DNA of 64,000 nucleotides from Auanema rhodensis (Eukaryota; Animalia; Nematoda): NCBI GenBank assembly GCA_964057225.1, contig OZ059898.1, positions 4,960,001 to 5,024,000 of the forward strand, read 5' to 3'. Shown piece by piece: positions 62,949 to 64,000 of this stretch (position 1 is its first letter; each line of letters starts with the position of its first letter). The notes under the pieces were generated by a model. It saw only the letters and a program-made list of their open reading frames with translations, ran no database searches and was not told where the DNA came from. The position numbers and the translations under genes were made by a program.

Positions 62949-62960
62949 GAGAAAGAGAGT
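62914..62960. repeat. (AG)n microsatellite, degenerate at the right end
   Basis: Visible agagag... run. Confidence 0.85.
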
Positions 62961-64000
62961 AACGTTGTTATAAGGAAAAAGATCAAAACGAAGATGAAAC
63001 ATAAGATATTATATGAATGGTTGAACTATTATCCAGAACTCAAACAACAACGTCATTGAGCATGTAATCTCAATATCTTCTCATAGATATCCATTTAATA
63101 CTGAAAATACAATTTAGAGAACAATATTTTTTAATTTATTTATTTTCTGATTAGTTTTTCATAAGATTTCCACATTTTTAAAACTTGAAAAGCTAAGATT
63201 TCATGTGCAAAATGAAGTTGCAAGTGCAATTATCCTATATTTCCGAACACCTGGTGGCATATACTAGATTGCGTGACAAGCTTGATCTCCAACAGTAATA
63301 AGAAGTTGACATGCCAAATCTAGAAATAGAAAAGAGAAATATGAAGAGAATTGTGAACAAAAAGAAAAAGAGAAAGAGAGAAAGTATTATAGAGAGATAG
63401 GATAGAGGGAAAAGACACAATTGTCTGGATGAAGAAGCTCTCTAGAGCAGAGCTTATTGAGTAATATTGAAGAATTTATTATCATAAATATAAATAATTC
63501 CATTTTTTTATTCAATTAATTCCTTTTTCTTGGTAAAAAAAATTTGTTTCGTTGTATACAATTTGATTTTTGTTGTTTATTTTAACAATTAATTCATTTT
63601 TTTCATTAAATTCACCTTATTTCAGTTTGATACTTTCGTAAATGCACTTTCCCAGGAAGATCAAATAGAAATGTCAACAGACATTTTGAAAAAAAAAGAT
63701 TTTGAGTTTTATTCAAATTTCTTTTGCAAAAGAAAAAATAATTTCGTTTTTCTTCAATTTTTTAGTTTTTCACAATTTTTATATTCAACTTAATTACTTT
63801 TAAACTTTATCTATCTATTATCTAACGATTCTTAAAATATTTATTTGTTAACTTTTAATTCGTTTTCAATTACTTTTCTTTCGTAAATTTCTTAAAATTA
63901 TTGTTTTTTAACAGTTGCTTCATCGACTTTTACGACAAAAATCTTATATCATCTCTTGTAAAATGTTTCCGATAACATACATGATTATATATATATATAT

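Noticed and set aside
52761-63420. Short hydrophobic ORFs upstream of dig-1 (F/L/S/I-rich)
   Set aside because: They are translations of CT/GA-rich low-complexity and AT-rich DNA, with no domains or coherent exon chains.
1-64000. Species assignment and tRNA/rRNA/transposase genes
   Set aside because: Composition and gene content indicate a nematode but cannot fix the species without a search. I saw no recognisable structural RNA or transposase sequence.

Overview
This is AT-rich eukaryotic DNA, almost certainly from a nematode, judging by the ~45-55 nt introns, TTTTCAG/TTTAG acceptors and gene content. About 50 kb is one spliced minus-strand gene (CDS 52732->2936) whose architecture matches C. 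elegans dig-1, a giant secreted Ig-superfamily matrix protein. In order it encodes a signal peptide, a pro-region with two furin-type sites, Sushi and EGF domains, about 7 Ig and about 11 FN3 domains, and an EGF domain. Two giant exons follow (13,274 and 21,831 nt, separated by a 52-nt intron) carrying about 125 copies of a 231-bp (77-aa) unit and 20 copies of a 207-bp (69-aa) unit. There are four VWA domains (one between the arrays, three after the second), then an FN3-like module and a C-terminal Ca-binding EGF. My rough total is ~14,500 aa. Downstream, and missed by the ORF track, is a two-exon gene (2106->1851) for a 69-aa secreted single-ShK-domain peptide. The 52.8-64 kb region is non-coding, with microsatellites and a few GC-richer islands. 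Most notable points: (1) all four VWA domains are interrupted at the same codon in phase 2, so skipping the 21.8-kb exon would stay in frame and rebuild a chimeric VWA domain (a possible length switch); (2) there are symmetric candidate cassette exons with nearby UGCAUG motifs in the pro-region; (3) the repeat arrays show higher-order duplications and one unit apparently exchanged between arrays; (4) one intron is GC-AG; (5) the ShK peptide contains no lysine. All exon calls were read by hand; no searches were run.
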